Positions 18,187 to 30,200 of a stretch of DNA of 64,000 nucleotides are shown here, piece after piece. The translations under genes and the position numbers were made by a program. Under the pieces are notes generated by a model. It ran no database searches. It saw nothing but the letters and a program-made list of their open reading frames with translations, and was not told the origin of the DNA. Positions within the stretch are counted from its first letter, which is position 1. Each line of letters starts with the position of its first letter. This DNA is from a virus: IMG/VR virus record IMGVR_UViG_3300045988_135886. One strand, written 5' to 3'.

Positions 18187-21100
18187 AAATAAATCATAAG
18201 TATGATATTTATGGACGTACTGAGCCTTCTATTATTTATTTAGCTAAACCTGGCAAAAGATTATATTGTGCGCTAGGAGGCATTGATACATCTACCGTTT
18301 CATTGTCATTAAAAACTAATAATACAGCTGAATTAACATTTACTGTTGATAAATACATAAACAATACTGTTACTGACGGGTATGAAGAACTTGATGAGCT
18401 AATGGAGCTATACTGTGATGGCATTTGGTTCAAAATAGTAGATCCGCCAACTATTAATAACGATGGTTTGCGTGAAACTAAAGAGATTACTGCTGAGTCT
18501 TATGAAATCATGCTTACTCAATATAAACTGAAAAACTTTAAAATTAATATGGGCGAAGAAGATTCCTATGAAATGATGTATCAGGCAACTCATGATACAA
18601 ATAAGTTTTATCAGATTAAGTTTTATGATTCAGAAAATGAAGATCTAAGTTTTTTACATTTAGTATTAAAACATGCAGATGTTCCTGGTTGGCATATAGG
18701 TTATGTGGATAATATTACTCCTGATGACGACGGAAAATTACTCCCTAATAATATATGTAACTTTGAAGTAGACGATCAAAATGTATATGCTTTCTTAACA
18801 CAAGAGGCCGCACAAGCCTATAAATGTGTGTTTGAGTTTGATACTGTAAATATGACCATAAATGTTTATAGACCTGACAGCTTAGGTAAAGATACAAATG
18901 TAGTTTTGGGTTTTAGAAACATTCAGAATAGTATAACTATTTCCAGAGATGAAAATTTAGTTACACAATTTTATGTTGAAGGCTTAGATGATTATAATAT
19001 TGATGCAGTCAATTTTGGTGATTCTGTAATTACTGATCTTTCCTATTTTGTATGTGAGCCTTACATGGACACTTCACTACAAGAAAAATATAATGCATGG
19101 CAAAGCTACCGGGAGTCCCGCAGAGAAGAGTTTATTAATTTATCCAAAGAATATAATAAAAATCTGGAAGTTCTTACTGAATTAATGAATAGAGTCCCAA
19201 TTGATACTGCTCAAACAAATTGGTTCGGGAAAAAAGTTGAAGATTTAAAAGATGCATATAATGCTAACATGGCAATCATTAAGGGTTTAGAAGCTCTATA
19301 TGTTGACGATGAAAAGAATTTTGATTTAGAAGCTTTAAAAAAGTCACATGATTGGCCTTTATATGAATCAATTATGAACTACACTCTTCCATCTATTGTG
19401 GCTGCATTACAAGCTCAAGACGAAACCGTAGAAGGATTCGGTAAAGGAAATATTATTTCATGTGTAAATCCGATTGTATTGGGCCAAGATTGGTATATGG
19501 TAAACCCTGGAACTTCTTCTTTTCAAACTATACAAATTGATGATGCTCCTGCTTATGGAATCACTCGTGGAGTTAAAGTAACTGGTACTAATGGAGGAAT
19601 TTATCAACACAATATTAGTATTGAACCATCTCAGAGATATACTCTTAGTTGTTTTGTAAAAGGATCCGGTACATTTTATCTTGGTTATAATAACACCGGA
19701 GAGGACAGAAAGAATATTTCTTATAACATCACATCTTCTTGGACCAGAGTTTATACTTCTTTCAATCTTTCTTCTCGTTTAATTGATGTAGCATTCACTG
19801 GAACTAATGATTTCACTATATGCGGTATGCAATTAGAGATGGGCGATTCACCTAGCCAGTTTGGGTATTTCACGCAATCTGAAAATATTATAAAAGCTTA
19901 TGAAACTGATTGGAAGTTATATGGAATCTCAGAATTAAAAGTAAAGATTTCAACTTACGATAGCTGTATTAAAGAATTAAAAAAGAGTGGTTATGCAGAT
20001 GGGTATAATCCTTTATCTGGATATGAAGAAGCATATTTTACTCAGATGCATCAAAAATATCTGGATTATCTGAATTTAAAAGATCAGGCTGAGACTGCTT
20101 TAAAAGAACGCCAGGCTGAATATGATAAGGCTAAGAAACCTGAAATTCAAGAGAAACGAAACCAGATTGCAAAAGATGTATTACTTGAAAATTTTGGTAA
20201 AGTACAGAACAAATACTCAGCTTTTACTGATAAAGAAACATATATTATTAAGAGTTTATATAGCCAATCCACTTATACAAATGAAAATATTATTATTACT
20301 ACTCTTGACAGTACTGCTGATGCCGTAGATAAGTCTAAAGTTCTTTATGACGATGCATTGGAAGAATTGTATGTGGAATCACATCCACAATATACATATA
20401 CTGATGATGTAGAGAATGTATACGCTCTTCCAGAATTTAAGGAGTACCATGAACAGCTTGCGGTAAATGATTTTGTACGTGTAGGAATCACTGATACTAA
20501 TTATATTAAACTAAGAGTAATTGAGATCACATATAATCCTTGTGATTTAGATGAATCTATGGAAGTTACTTTTAGCAATATGATTCAGTACAAAGCTAAA
20601 AGGAATGATTATAATACTCTTTTAAACGATGCTCTTAATACTTCCAACCGTAATGGTGGTCGTGTTAACTCAGTCAACAAATCTTCTACTTCTGATTATG
20701 TCATCACATCAGAAGCTATCAAACAAATCTTTTCAAATCCTCTATTCAATTCAATGTTAGGTGGAACTGTCACTGGAGGATCCGGATCTGGTGGAACCAT
20801 TACCGCTGATACAATTATTGCAGAACTCGTGAAAGCAAAAGAAGGTATATTTGATAAGCTTACTGTTGACACTGCTTTCATGAAATATCTCGATGTAAAA
20901 CTTATTTCCGCAGATAAGATCACAACTCGTATTCTCGAAGCGGAACAGGCAAATATTGAAAAGCTGTCAGCTAAGATTATAGAATCTAATCAGATTAATG
21001 CTGATATGATTAATGTAAAAAATCTTCTTGCAGGTCATGCAGGAGTTGGAGAATTACATACAATTCATCTTACTGTAGAAAATGCAGAAATTGATCAGGC

Positions 21101-24100
21101 TGTTATTACTAATCTCATCGCAAAGAAAATTGCAGTTGGAGATTTAATGGCTCAAAATGCTCTTGCAAATCAAATTGTACTTATCTCTAAAGACAATAAA
21201 CCTACTATTGCATTTCAAGAAAGTACTCAACAGTTTTATGATTCCAAAGGAAATGTTCGTGTGCAGATTGGTATGGACGGTAAAGGGGATTTCAACTTTA
21301 TTGTTAAAAATGGAGACAGAGCCGCTTTATTTGATGAAAATGGTATTACCCAGACAGGTATTCCAGATAATACAATTCTTGGAGACATGATTAATAACGC
21401 CACCATTACCAAAGACAAACTTGGATTTCAAATCATAGAACCAAATGAACAAGGTGGTATTGACATCACTAATATTTATGATGGCAAAGGAAATCAATGG
21501 TGGGGAATAGAAAAGACGACTATTACAGATGACTACACAAAGCAGATTAAGAATGTTACAGATACTCTGACCGGACAAATCGAAACTAAGGTTAGTAATA
21601 CTCAATATCTTAAAGATCAAGAATCTATCCGAACAGATTTTTCTGATATCAAACAAAATGTTTCTGGGATTACATCTACTGTAAGCAGTATGCAAACAGA
21701 TCTTTCTGAAGCTCAAGAAAAAATTAAAGCAAACACCTCTTCTATTACTCAGAATTCAGATAAAATCAGTTTTATGGTAACTGGTGACAAAGAGTCTGAG
21801 TTCACAGTTACTGATAAATTTATTCAGATGATTTCTGACCATATTAGCATTGATGCCAGCACCATTGACATTAATGGTATTATCACTGCAATGAATACAC
21901 ACACTGGACCAGGTAAAACTAAAATCGACGGTGGTATTATTGAAACCAATACTATTACTGCTGATTCTATTAAAGTTGATGCAATCAGATCAAAAATATT
22001 TGAAGATGATCTGACATCTAATTATTCACTAAAAGGTATCTGGTTTGATTTATCAGAGAACGGTGCTATTAAAGGTAAAAATTTTGCTGTTGATTCTAAT
22101 GGTAATGCTTATATTCGTGGTGACAGCACTGTTGAGGGAACCATTATAGCTAATAAAGGTTATATTGGTGGTATTGGCGGTTTCCATATTGAAGCGGGAA
22201 AATTGTATTCTGGTATGGATAGCCTTCCTGAACAACCAACATCAGTATCAAAGGATAAAAATGTATATATTGGTACAGACGGAATTGCTCTTGGTAGTGG
22301 AAACTTCAGAGTTGATTCAAATGGTAAGCTTTATGCTAACTCTGGTACATTCTCAGGAACTATTTACGCTGATGGAGGAACTATTGGCGGTTGGAATATA
22401 TCTGCAAATTCATTAAGCAACAGAGACGGATCCATAAGTTTAAATCCTGATGGTTTAAAACTTGGCAATCAGTTAAATGTAGATAATCAAGGGAATGCAA
22501 CTTTTGGTGGTAAACTATCAGCTGCTACCGGAAGTTTTTCTGGTGAATTAGTTGCAGCAACAGGTAGCTTTTCTGGAGAATTAAAAGCTGCAAGAGGTAG
22601 TTTTAAAGGAGAACTTTCTGGTGCAACTGGAAGTTTTACAGGTAGTGTTATTGCTACATCTATTACTGCAAAGCAATCATATTCTATTTATTATAACGAT
22701 GTTGGAACTGGTGAACCAACTGATTCAGTACAAGTAATTACTGCATTTGACTGGGGAACTAATACAACTCAAATTGGATTTGGGTTGATAGATTCATCTT
22801 TAGACTCTTCAAAAATGCATGGAATGCTTCTGATAAAAGAACAAGGCGCAAGAGTTCTAACATTAATTGCAGATGATATTAATACAAATGGATGGTTAAA
22901 TGTTAATAAACTTAATATTACTGATTCATTCGGACAGTATAAAGGAGTGCCATATAAATCAATTATGTGGAAACCAACAGACACATTTGACTTTAATGGT
23001 TATAATCATCATCACACTATTCTTCCTTATAAAAACGGTAACTTTGCAGTAGGTATGGAAAGTACGACTACAGGAATGTTATCTATTAGTTTATTACCAT
23101 ATTTGTTATCAACTGAAACCGATGCATATGGTAATATTACAGTAAGTAAAACTAAAGATACTACTTCTCAGATAAGCATTGGAGCAACAGCTAATCCATA
23201 TGCATGTATTTATGTAGATGCTATTTATCTTACTGGTGATAAAAAAACTTATACTTCACTGGCTAATTTAGGTGAAGGCGGCACAACTAATTATAATGGA
23301 CTTACAAATAAACCTAAAATTAATAATGTTGAATTGGCAAGCGGAAATAATACATTATCTAATTTAGGGATCGCTGCACGATCACATTCCCATTCAAATT
23401 CTGACATTAATTGGAGTACTACGTTAGGGTATAAAGGATTTGGTCACAACCATACCATGATTTATGATGGAAATGGTAAAAAAGCTATTGCTATTGCAGG
23501 TTCTGGTTCAAATACGGGGTTGATTCCATATGATGTGTCATATAATAATGCGGATAATATTTCTCTGACTCGTGGCGGGACTATGTATCTTGGTGCGGCT
23601 TATTATTCTAATAAATTAACTGCTTATCCTTTTGAATGCGGATATTTTAAAAACATTAAAGTTTACAAAGGTAGTGGAGATGCAAGTGATATAGATAATT
23701 ATATTACTCCATCTGGTAGTGATTCTTCTATCACTGGTGGATTGACTATTAAACTAAATGGAACACCGAAAATTAGTTCGTGGAAAGGGGCATCAGATGT
23801 CTCTGTGAACATAACGGCAAGTAGTATTGGAGCTGCAACTTCTAACCATTCACATGATATGAGTAGTTATGCTACTACAAGTTGGGTTAAAAGGGCATTT
23901 GGAAGTACAATAGATGTTTCTAATGGATATTTATACTTATATAACAATAATGGTACTCAATTAAGCTCCGTACAATTACCAACAAGTTCTGGTGGAAGCT
24001 CCATTCCTTCACACGCTATTGCATCGGATGGCACAACTAGACCTATTGTTACATCTGGAACAGCGGGCAGCAATACCTATACTGCATGGATCGGAACATA

Positions 24101-24536
24101 TTATGAAAGTAGCAATTATGTATTAAAAGTCAATGGTAGATGGGGTTCTTCATCATCGTGGGAAACACATGGATTCAAATCAAATTATTCGGATATTAGA
24201 TTAAAAACAAATATTTCAAATTCAAATAGAAAAGCTTTAGATATTATTAATTCTATAAAAATTCGTCAATTTGATTGGATACGAAGTGGAGAACATCAAG
24301 ATATTGGATTCATAGCAGATGAATTAGAAACTCTTGATCAACATTTTACATTTGGTGGAGGATATGAAGAAGATGGATCTATGAATATTAAATCTGTGGA
24401 TTCCTTGTATCTTCAAGGTTATGAAGTAAAAGCTATTCAAGAATTATCTCAAGAAAATCAAAAACTTAAAAACACTATTCTCTCATTGCAAGGAGAAATT
24501 GCAATCATAAAACAAAAATTGGAGGAATTAGCATGA
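18183..24536 (+). CDS. tail-associated protein (Tal) with a CBM-like insert and a C-terminal S74 intramolecular chaperone domain
   Basis: GTGA start/stop overlap with Dit. The N-terminus resembles the prophage-tail endopeptidase family. C-terminus (SDIRLKTNI...IRQFDW...IGFIADELE...LQGYEVKAIQEL) matches the endosialidase chaperone (peptidase S74) pattern. Confidence 0.7.
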   Translation: MKINHKYDIYGRTEPSIIYLAKPGKRLYCALGGIDTSTVSLSLKTNNTAELTFTVDKYINNTVTDGYEELDELMELYCDGIWFKIVDPPTINNDGLRETKEITAESYEIMLTQYKLKNFKINMGEEDSYEMMYQATHDTNKFYQIKFYDSENEDLSFLHLVLKHADVPGWHIGYVDNITPDDDGKLLPNNICNFEVDDQNVYAFLTQEAAQAYKCVFEFDTVNMTINVYRPDSLGKDTNVVLGFRNIQNSITISRDENLVTQFYVEGLDDYNIDAVNFGDSVITDLSYFVCEPYMDTSLQEKYNAWQSYRESRREEFINLSKEYNKNLEVLTELMNRVPIDTAQTNWFGKKVEDLKDAYNANMAIIKGLEALYVDDEKNFDLEALKKSHDWPLYESIMNYTLPSIVAALQAQDETVEGFGKGNIISCVNPIVLGQDWYMVNPGTSSFQTIQIDDAPAYGITRGVKVTGTNGGIYQHNISIEPSQRYTLSCFVKGSGTFYLGYNNTGEDRKNISYNITSSWTRVYTSFNLSSRLIDVAFTGTNDFTICGMQLEMGDSPSQFGYFTQSENIIKAYETDWKLYGISELKVKISTYDSCIKELKKSGYADGYNPLSGYEEAYFTQMHQKYLDYLNLKDQAETALKERQAEYDKAKKPEIQEKRNQIAKDVLLENFGKVQNKYSAFTDKETYIIKSLYSQSTYTNENIIITTLDSTADAVDKSKVLYDDALEELYVESHPQYTYTDDVENVYALPEFKEYHEQLAVNDFVRVGITDTNYIKLRVIEITYNPCDLDESMEVTFSNMIQYKAKRNDYNTLLNDALNTSNRNGGRVNSVNKSSTSDYVITSEAIKQIFSNPLFNSMLGGTVTGGSGSGGTITADTIIAELVKAKEGIFDKLTVDTAFMKYLDVKLISADKITTRILEAEQANIEKLSAKIIESNQINADMINVKNLLAGHAGVGELHTIHLTVENAEIDQAVITNLIAKKIAVGDLMAQNALANQIVLISKDNKPTIAFQESTQQFYDSKGNVRVQIGMDGKGDFNFIVKNGDRAALFDENGITQTGIPDNTILGDMINNATITKDKLGFQIIEPNEQGGIDITNIYDGKGNQWWGIEKTTITDDYTKQIKNVTDTLTGQIETKVSNTQYLKDQESIRTDFSDIKQNVSGITSTVSSMQTDLSEAQEKIKANTSSITQNSDKISFMVTGDKESEFTVTDKFIQMISDHISIDASTIDINGIITAMNTHTGPGKTKIDGGIIETNTITADSIKVDAIRSKIFEDDLTSNYSLKGIWFDLSENGAIKGKNFAVDSNGNAYIRGDSTVEGTIIANKGYIGGIGGFHIEAGKLYSGMDSLPEQPTSVSKDKNVYIGTDGIALGSGNFRVDSNGKLYANSGTFSGTIYADGGTIGGWNISANSLSNRDGSISLNPDGLKLGNQLNVDNQGNATFGGKLSAATGSFSGELVAATGSFSGELKAARGSFKGELSGATGSFTGSVIATSITAKQSYSIYYNDVGTGEPTDSVQVITAFDWGTNTTQIGFGLIDSSLDSSKMHGMLLIKEQGARVLTLIADDINTNGWLNVNKLNITDSFGQYKGVPYKSIMWKPTDTFDFNGYNHHHTILPYKNGNFAVGMESTTTGMLSISLLPYLLSTETDAYGNITVSKTKDTTSQISIGATANPYACIYVDAIYLTGDKKTYTSLANLGEGGTTNYNGLTNKPKINNVELASGNNTLSNLGIAARSHSHSNSDINWSTTLGYKGFGHNHTMIYDGNGKKAIAIAGSGSNTGLIPYDVSYNNADNISLTRGGTMYLGAAYYSNKLTAYPFECGYFKNIKVYKGSGDASDIDNYITPSGSDSSITGGLTIKLNGTPKISSWKGASDVSVNITASSIGAATSNHSHDMSSYATTSWVKRAFGSTIDVSNGYLYLYNNNGTQLSSVQLPTSSGGSSIPSHAIASDGTTRPIVTSGTAGSNTYTAWIGTYYESSNYVLKVNGRWGSSSSWETHGFKSNYSDIRLKTNISNSNRKALDIINSIKIRQFDWIRSGEHQDIGFIADELETLDQHFTFGGGYEEDGSMNIKSVDSLYLQGYEVKAIQELSQENQKLKNTILSLQGEIAIIKQKLEELA

Positions 24537-24757
24537 TTAAAATTAATACAACAACTAATGTAAGTGCAAATATTTATGTTGGGGAAGCAGAAAATCAAAA
24601 GAATGTCGCTTATGCAAACGCATCTGTAAGTAAGAATGGTGACGTTTCTATTAACAAATCCATTCAAGATGGTGAAGCATTCAAAGCTAATAAAGAATCA
24701 GTTCTGAAAGACTTTACAGAGTTTGAAACATACGTATATGGAATTATTCCTGAATAA
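24533..24757 (+). CDS. hypothetical protein
   Basis: ATGA overlap with Tal. GGAGG RBS. Confidence 0.65.
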   Translation: MIKINTTTNVSANIYVGEAENQKNVAYANASVSKNGDVSINKSIQDGEAFKANKESVLKDFTEFETYVYGIIPE

Positions 24758-24810
24758 ATAAGAGGCCATGAGCAATCGTGGTCTTTTATTATGTAAAGAA
24801 GGTGAAATAT

Positions 24811-25185
24811 TTGACCAGTCGAGAATATGAACTTGAATTAAAGAAAATTAAAGCCCAAAATCGGCAGATTGAAATGAAACGAAATCTGAAGGCAGCAAAG
24901 GTTAAGAGATTCAATATTCCAAGAGTCTCTACAAGTAAATTGATACTTGTTGCTGTACTTTTACTTAATCTACAGATTATTCATTTTGTAGAAAAAGCAA
25001 TCATGACCTATGGAGATTTATCTGCTCTCTACGCTCTCATTGCTATTCCAGCAACACTCGTCCCTACAGTTTGGGCTTATTATGCAAAGGCTCGTGCAGA
25101 AAACTGCACAGGAGGCATTACTTATGATTCTGCAATGGAACAACTTAGACAGTCATCTTCAGAAAATGATGAAGCTGTCGGTTAG
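24811..25185 (+). CDS. two-TM membrane protein (holin-like)
   Basis: TTG at 24811 after an AAGGTG RBS; the track's start at 24778 lies inside a hairpin. Two hydrophobic helices follow a charged N-terminus. Confidence 0.45.
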   Translation: MTSREYELELKKIKAQNRQIEMKRNLKAAKVKRFNIPRVSTSKLILVAVLLLNLQIIHFVEKAIMTYGDLSALYALIAIPATLVPTVWAYYAKARAENCTGGITYDSAMEQLRQSSSENDEAVG

Positions 25186-25194
25186 GAGGAAATT

Positions 25195-25593
25195 ATGAAT
25201 ATTAAACAGGGTATTCAGGACGTATTATATCTGATCATTACTGGTATTCTTCCACTTCTTATTACTTATGGAATCCTCTTCCTAAAAGTAAAGATTAAAG
25301 AACAGGAAAAGAACTTGGAGAATGATCAGCTCGTAAAATATATAGACGCTGCTACTGATGCTATTAGTAAAGCAGTGCTCACAGTTAATCAGACTTATGT
25401 AGATGCTTTGAAAAAGGAAGGTAAGTTTGACGCAGAAGCTCAGAAAACTGCTAAACAGATGGCTATTGATAAAGCTAAGGCGTTGATTACAGAAGATTCT
25501 AAAGCGGCTATCGAAACATTATATTCTGACTTTGAAGCATATCTAAATGATGCTATTGAAGAACTCGTCAGAGAAAATAAAGTTACATATTAA
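25195..25593 (+). CDS. LL-H-family-like holin
   Basis: AGGAGG RBS. An N-terminal TM helix is followed by a helical A/K/E-rich region (AISKAVLTVNQTYVDALKKEGKFDAEAQKTAKQMAIDKA), resembling Holin_LLH proteins as I remember them. Confidence 0.5.
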   Translation: MNIKQGIQDVLYLIITGILPLLITYGILFLKVKIKEQEKNLENDQLVKYIDAATDAISKAVLTVNQTYVDALKKEGKFDAEAQKTAKQMAIDKAKALITEDSKAAIETLYSDFEAYLNDAIEELVRENKVTY

Positions 25594-25614
25594 TATAAAA
25601 GGAGTACAAGGATT

Positions 25615-26058
25615 ATGAAAAAAGTTATTGTAAATGCAGACATTATGGCAATGTATAAAACATTAAATTCTATGAAGAGTCGTGCGGATTTAATCGCAGG
25701 AGATGTTGATGTATTCTGGGCGAATACAATGAATCTAAAGGCTCTTAAGGCGCAGGTAGATAAAATCTCAGAGGTCGAGCAGGAGTTAGTTGATTCTTAT
25801 TTTACAGAGGAAAACTCACATCCTATTGTTGACGAAAACGGTAATGAAACAGGAAATCGTGTTCTTAATGATGACATAAAAGATAAAATCATCCCTGAAA
25901 TCCAAGAAAGTCTGCAGAAAATTTATGATAAAACATGTGAACTTGATGTTGAGATGATTCCAGAGGAATCTCTCAAGAAAATGCTTAAATCTAATGAAGA
26001 CAAACTGTCTATGCTTGATATGACAGTACTATATGAATTTGTAGAAAAAGGTGAGTAA
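25615..26058 (+). CDS. hypothetical protein
   Basis: AAGGAG RBS. 147 aa, acidic. Confidence 0.7.
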   Translation: MKKVIVNADIMAMYKTLNSMKSRADLIAGDVDVFWANTMNLKALKAQVDKISEVEQELVDSYFTEENSHPIVDENGNETGNRVLNDDIKDKIIPEIQESLQKIYDKTCELDVEMIPEESLKKMLKSNEDKLSMLDMTVLYEFVEKGE

Positions 26059-26060
26059 TA

Positions 26061-26507
26061 ATGGCAACATATATTCAGGGAATTCAAACCTCTGTTGGTG
26101 TTGTTAAGTATGATTACAATTATCTGGCTAATCTCCCTGAATCAGATATGACATTATCTAAACAGGGTGCATTCGCTGATGCCCTTGTTGTTGGAAGAAA
26201 ACTTACTCAGCTGGGAGCTGATGTGGATAAATTGAAAGAATCTATGACTGCAGTACAGAAATCTATCTCTGATCTGCAGTCTGCAGATTCTTCTTCTAAC
26301 ACTTCAATTGAACAGATCAATACATCATTACTTAGCATGACCAATAATATCGAAACAATACAGAACAATATTACTACTTTGACTCAGAATACTGCTGAGA
26401 TCAAGAAAAGTGCTGATAATGCGAATTCATCAGTCACAACACTGCAGGAAACTATTAAGTCACTACAGACTAGAATTGAAGCTTTAGAAAAAACTCAGAC
26501 TAAATAA
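26061..26507 (+). CDS. coiled-coil fibre-associated protein
   Basis: AAGGTGA RBS. Heptad-rich S/T/Q sequence. Confidence 0.6.
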   Translation: MATYIQGIQTSVGVVKYDYNYLANLPESDMTLSKQGAFADALVVGRKLTQLGADVDKLKESMTAVQKSISDLQSADSSSNTSIEQINTSLLSMTNNIETIQNNITTLTQNTAEIKKSADNANSSVTTLQETIKSLQTRIEALEKTQTK

Positions 26508-26521
26508 GGAAGGAGGCAGTT

Positions 26522-27229
26522 ATGTATACACTAAAAATTACAGATGAAAATACTGTTGTAACAACAGTCAAAGAATCAATTGTGGAAAGAAGTAACTATG
26601 TAGATAAGATTCAGATTGTGACAAGCAAACTATACAGAGAACAGATTGATATGACTGATACTACTGTTTATATGAAATATAAGCTTCCGATATCAAATAA
26701 AATCAAAATGACACAGCTGATTCCGAATGATCTTGCATATGAACAGAATTATATCCAGTATTTAATTCCCGTTGATGCCGGACTTACTGCTGAAGCTGGT
26801 GATATTGAAGTATCTTTCACATTTTTAAAACTGATTGCAAATGAAGACAAATCTTACACTTCTTATATTCGCAAGACCACATCAGGTGTTATCCATATCA
26901 CTCCACTTGTACAATTTGATAAATATGAACCTTCAGAAATGTTTACTGAAATTGATCAGAGACTTCTTGTTATGGAAGGAATGATTAAAGATTTAGATGC
27001 TCAGAACAAAGCTGCTTATGAAGGTATGGTAAAAGATATTCGTCTGGATACAGATGGAAGAAAGATTACGCTGACAGACAGAAACGGTGATGACACCGGA
27101 GATGGTATCGTTGTAAAAAATCTTTCTGCTATGGTAGCCGAAGATATGACAGGTAAAGATCCTGATGGAACACAGGATGGAGTTGTCCATCTTGATCAGG
27201 TTGTTGACCTGGATAAATTATTAAAGTAA
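26522..27229 (+). CDS. baseplate/fibre-anchor-like protein (BppU_N-like N-terminus, tentative)
   Basis: GGAGG RBS. The N-terminal roughly 110 aa parallels the N-terminus of the next gene (...AGLTAEAGDIEVSFTF versus ...AAVTANAGDIIFEIMA). Confidence 0.4.
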   Translation: MYTLKITDENTVVTTVKESIVERSNYVDKIQIVTSKLYREQIDMTDTTVYMKYKLPISNKIKMTQLIPNDLAYEQNYIQYLIPVDAGLTAEAGDIEVSFTFLKLIANEDKSYTSYIRKTTSGVIHITPLVQFDKYEPSEMFTEIDQRLLVMEGMIKDLDAQNKAAYEGMVKDIRLDTDGRKITLTDRNGDDTGDGIVVKNLSAMVAEDMTGKDPDGTQDGVVHLDQVVDLDKLLK

Positions 27230-27241
27230 AGGAGTCATGAT

Positions 27242-30200
27242 ATGTCATTTAAAGATTCTAAAATTGCTGCTGCGGCTAATTCGGCAATGACTTTGAGTGC
27301 TGAGTTAGCCGTAGACACTGAGGAATATACATTATGTACTGATGGTCGTTATGAAGTATATACCAAATATCAAGACAATGCATATTCAACAGTGGATAAC
27401 TTAAAAAATATTGCCGTTGATGCTACACAGATTAATATTATGCAGGAAGAAAACAGCCAGTATATGCCATTTAGGATTCCAAGATATTGGGATGGTATGG
27501 ATCTTATGGATATGCTCATCCAGATAAGATATGAATCTGTAGCTGAGAAAAAAGGTAAAGTAGCGACAGTTATCAATGTAGCTTCCAACAATACTTATAT
27601 TCGATTTGGTTGGTTGATTGATGCTGCTGTTACAGCAAATGCCGGAGATATAATTTTTGAAATTATGGCTACTGGCGTAAATGAAAAAGGAAACAATTAT
27701 ATTTGGAGAACCAGACCAAATGGTAAGTTTACTGTTCTTCAAGGATTAAATTATGACGGAATCATTGAACCTTCTGAAGATTGGTATACAAGTTTTGTAA
27801 ATATGATTCTTGGTCATGTAGCCGAAGCAAAACAATACGCAGATGAAGCAAAAGCTTCCGCTGCTTCTATTAATGTAGATGATATAAAAGCAGATGTAAA
27901 AACATCTGTTATGAATGATCTTAATGGAACAGTAACTGAATCTCTGAAAGCATATTATACAAAAACAGAAGTTGATACAAAAGTCAAAGAATTAAACACT
28001 GCTATTTCTGGTATTGACAGTTTGAAGAACTTAAAAGTTGAATATGACAACACAACTGGAAATTTAGTGTTTAAAGATGGAACGGAACCTATTGGAGAAC
28101 CTATTACTATTAACAGTCTTGCAAACCTTATAGTTGAGTATTCTGTTGTCAATGGAAAAGGTTCATTAGTATTCAAAGATGGAGAAACTATTATTCAGAC
28201 TGTAGAACTTAGTTCTATTGAGCCATCTGCTGAGTGGAGAGCTGCATTGAAGCAGGAACTTGAAGCAGAAATGGACGAGAAAGATACAGTAATCTCTAAT
28301 CGAATTGGTCCACTTGAAACAGCTAAAACTGAAATCGAAAAGAATGTAAATGCCAATACTGCTGCTGTCTCAGAGATAAAAACTACTATTTCAAACATTG
28401 AGAAGAAAGTAGAAAGTGCTACTACAAAATCTGATGAGGCCAAAAATGCTGTAGATATCTTGAAACAAAATATGACTTCTTATGATACTCAGTTTGAAGG
28501 AATTAATACAGATATTACAGATGTTAAGGCCGCTATTGAAGAAATCAAGAAAAATCCTGCGGCTGCAGAGTACGATGTTACATACGAAAATAGTATTTTT
28601 ACATTTTTAAAGGATGGAGAAATCCAGAAAAGCTTTAAAATTGAAGGTGGTGGAGGATCTTCCTCAGATACTACTACTATTACTATTAAAAGAATCACAA
28701 ATGCAGATGCTATTTTCTTACTTGGTTCAAAAGCAATTATTGAATATAGTTTTTCATCTGTAGATAATACTGGTGATACAACTGGAGCCGGTACTGCTGT
28801 GTGGAAAGTTGGTAATACTATTGTAGCTACGAATACGGCTGCGCAAGGAAACAATAGTTTTGATATCACTGAATATCTTAATGTCGGTGCAAATACTATT
28901 AGATTAACTATTACCGACAGTTTTGGGACACTTGCCACTAAGACATGGACTGTTACTATTGTAGAATTCAAACTTGAAAGCACATTTGATGATACTTTGT
29001 TATATACAAATACAGATGTAGTATTTAGGTATACACCTTACGGAAATGTCAATAAGACTCTTCATTTTATTCTTGATGGAAAAGACTTAGGCACTGTTGA
29101 AACTCAGTCTTCAGGTAGAATTATGTCTTATAATATTCCTAAACAGGAACATGGCAGCCATTTACTCAAAGTATATATGACTGCGACAATTAACAATAAA
29201 GAAATAACCTCAAATACTATTTGTAAGGATATTATTTGTGTTGATCCTACAAATAGAACTCCTATTATTGGATGTGCTCAACAGGAATTTACAGCACAAC
29301 AGTACCAGGCAACAAGTATTAAATATGTTGTATATGATCCTGATCACAATCCAGCCTCTGTAAAACTATCAATTGATGGTAAAGTACAGAGCACTCTTTC
29401 TGTAAATCGTTCTGCTCAAATCTGGAGTTATAAGTCATCCACTGAAGGAAAACATAACCTGACCATCTCATGTCGTAAAGTGACTAAGATTTTATCAGTT
29501 AATATCACTAAACTTGATATTGATGTTGAACCAATCACAGCCAACTTAGCATTTGATTTTAACCCTGTTGGAAAATCCAATGGAGATACCGACAGACTCT
29601 GGACCGATAAAAATAACTCTGCTATTACTCTTTCAGTATCAGATAACTTTGACTGGGATAATGGTGGATACCAGATTGATGCTTCTGGAAACCAGTATTT
29701 CTGTGTAAAAGCTGGAACAACTGCTCAGATTAATTATAATCTCTTCGGAAAAGACCCGAAACAGACTGGTTCTGAATTCAAATTTGTATTTAAGACTCAG
29801 AATGTTCGCAATGCTTCTGCTACTTTCTTATCATGTATTGATGGTACTGAAGGCTCTGACGTAGGTATTAAAATGGATGTTCACGAAGCATACGTGAACA
29901 CTTCTACTGACAGCTTATATTTTCCATATAGCGAAGAGGATATTATTGAATTTGAATATAATATCAATACAATTGATACAAAAGACACATCTGCAACTTC
30001 TATCATTATGACTTATGAAGACGGAGTTGGAGGAAGACCTCTTATTTATGATAATTCTCATAGACTGCACCAGTATTCTCCTGTTCCGATTACTATCGGT
30101 TCTCCGGATTGTGATGTGTTGATTTATAGAATGAAAGCTTATTCTGCTTCTCTCACAGATTCTGACATTCTTGCTAACTTTATTGCAGATGCTAGAGATT

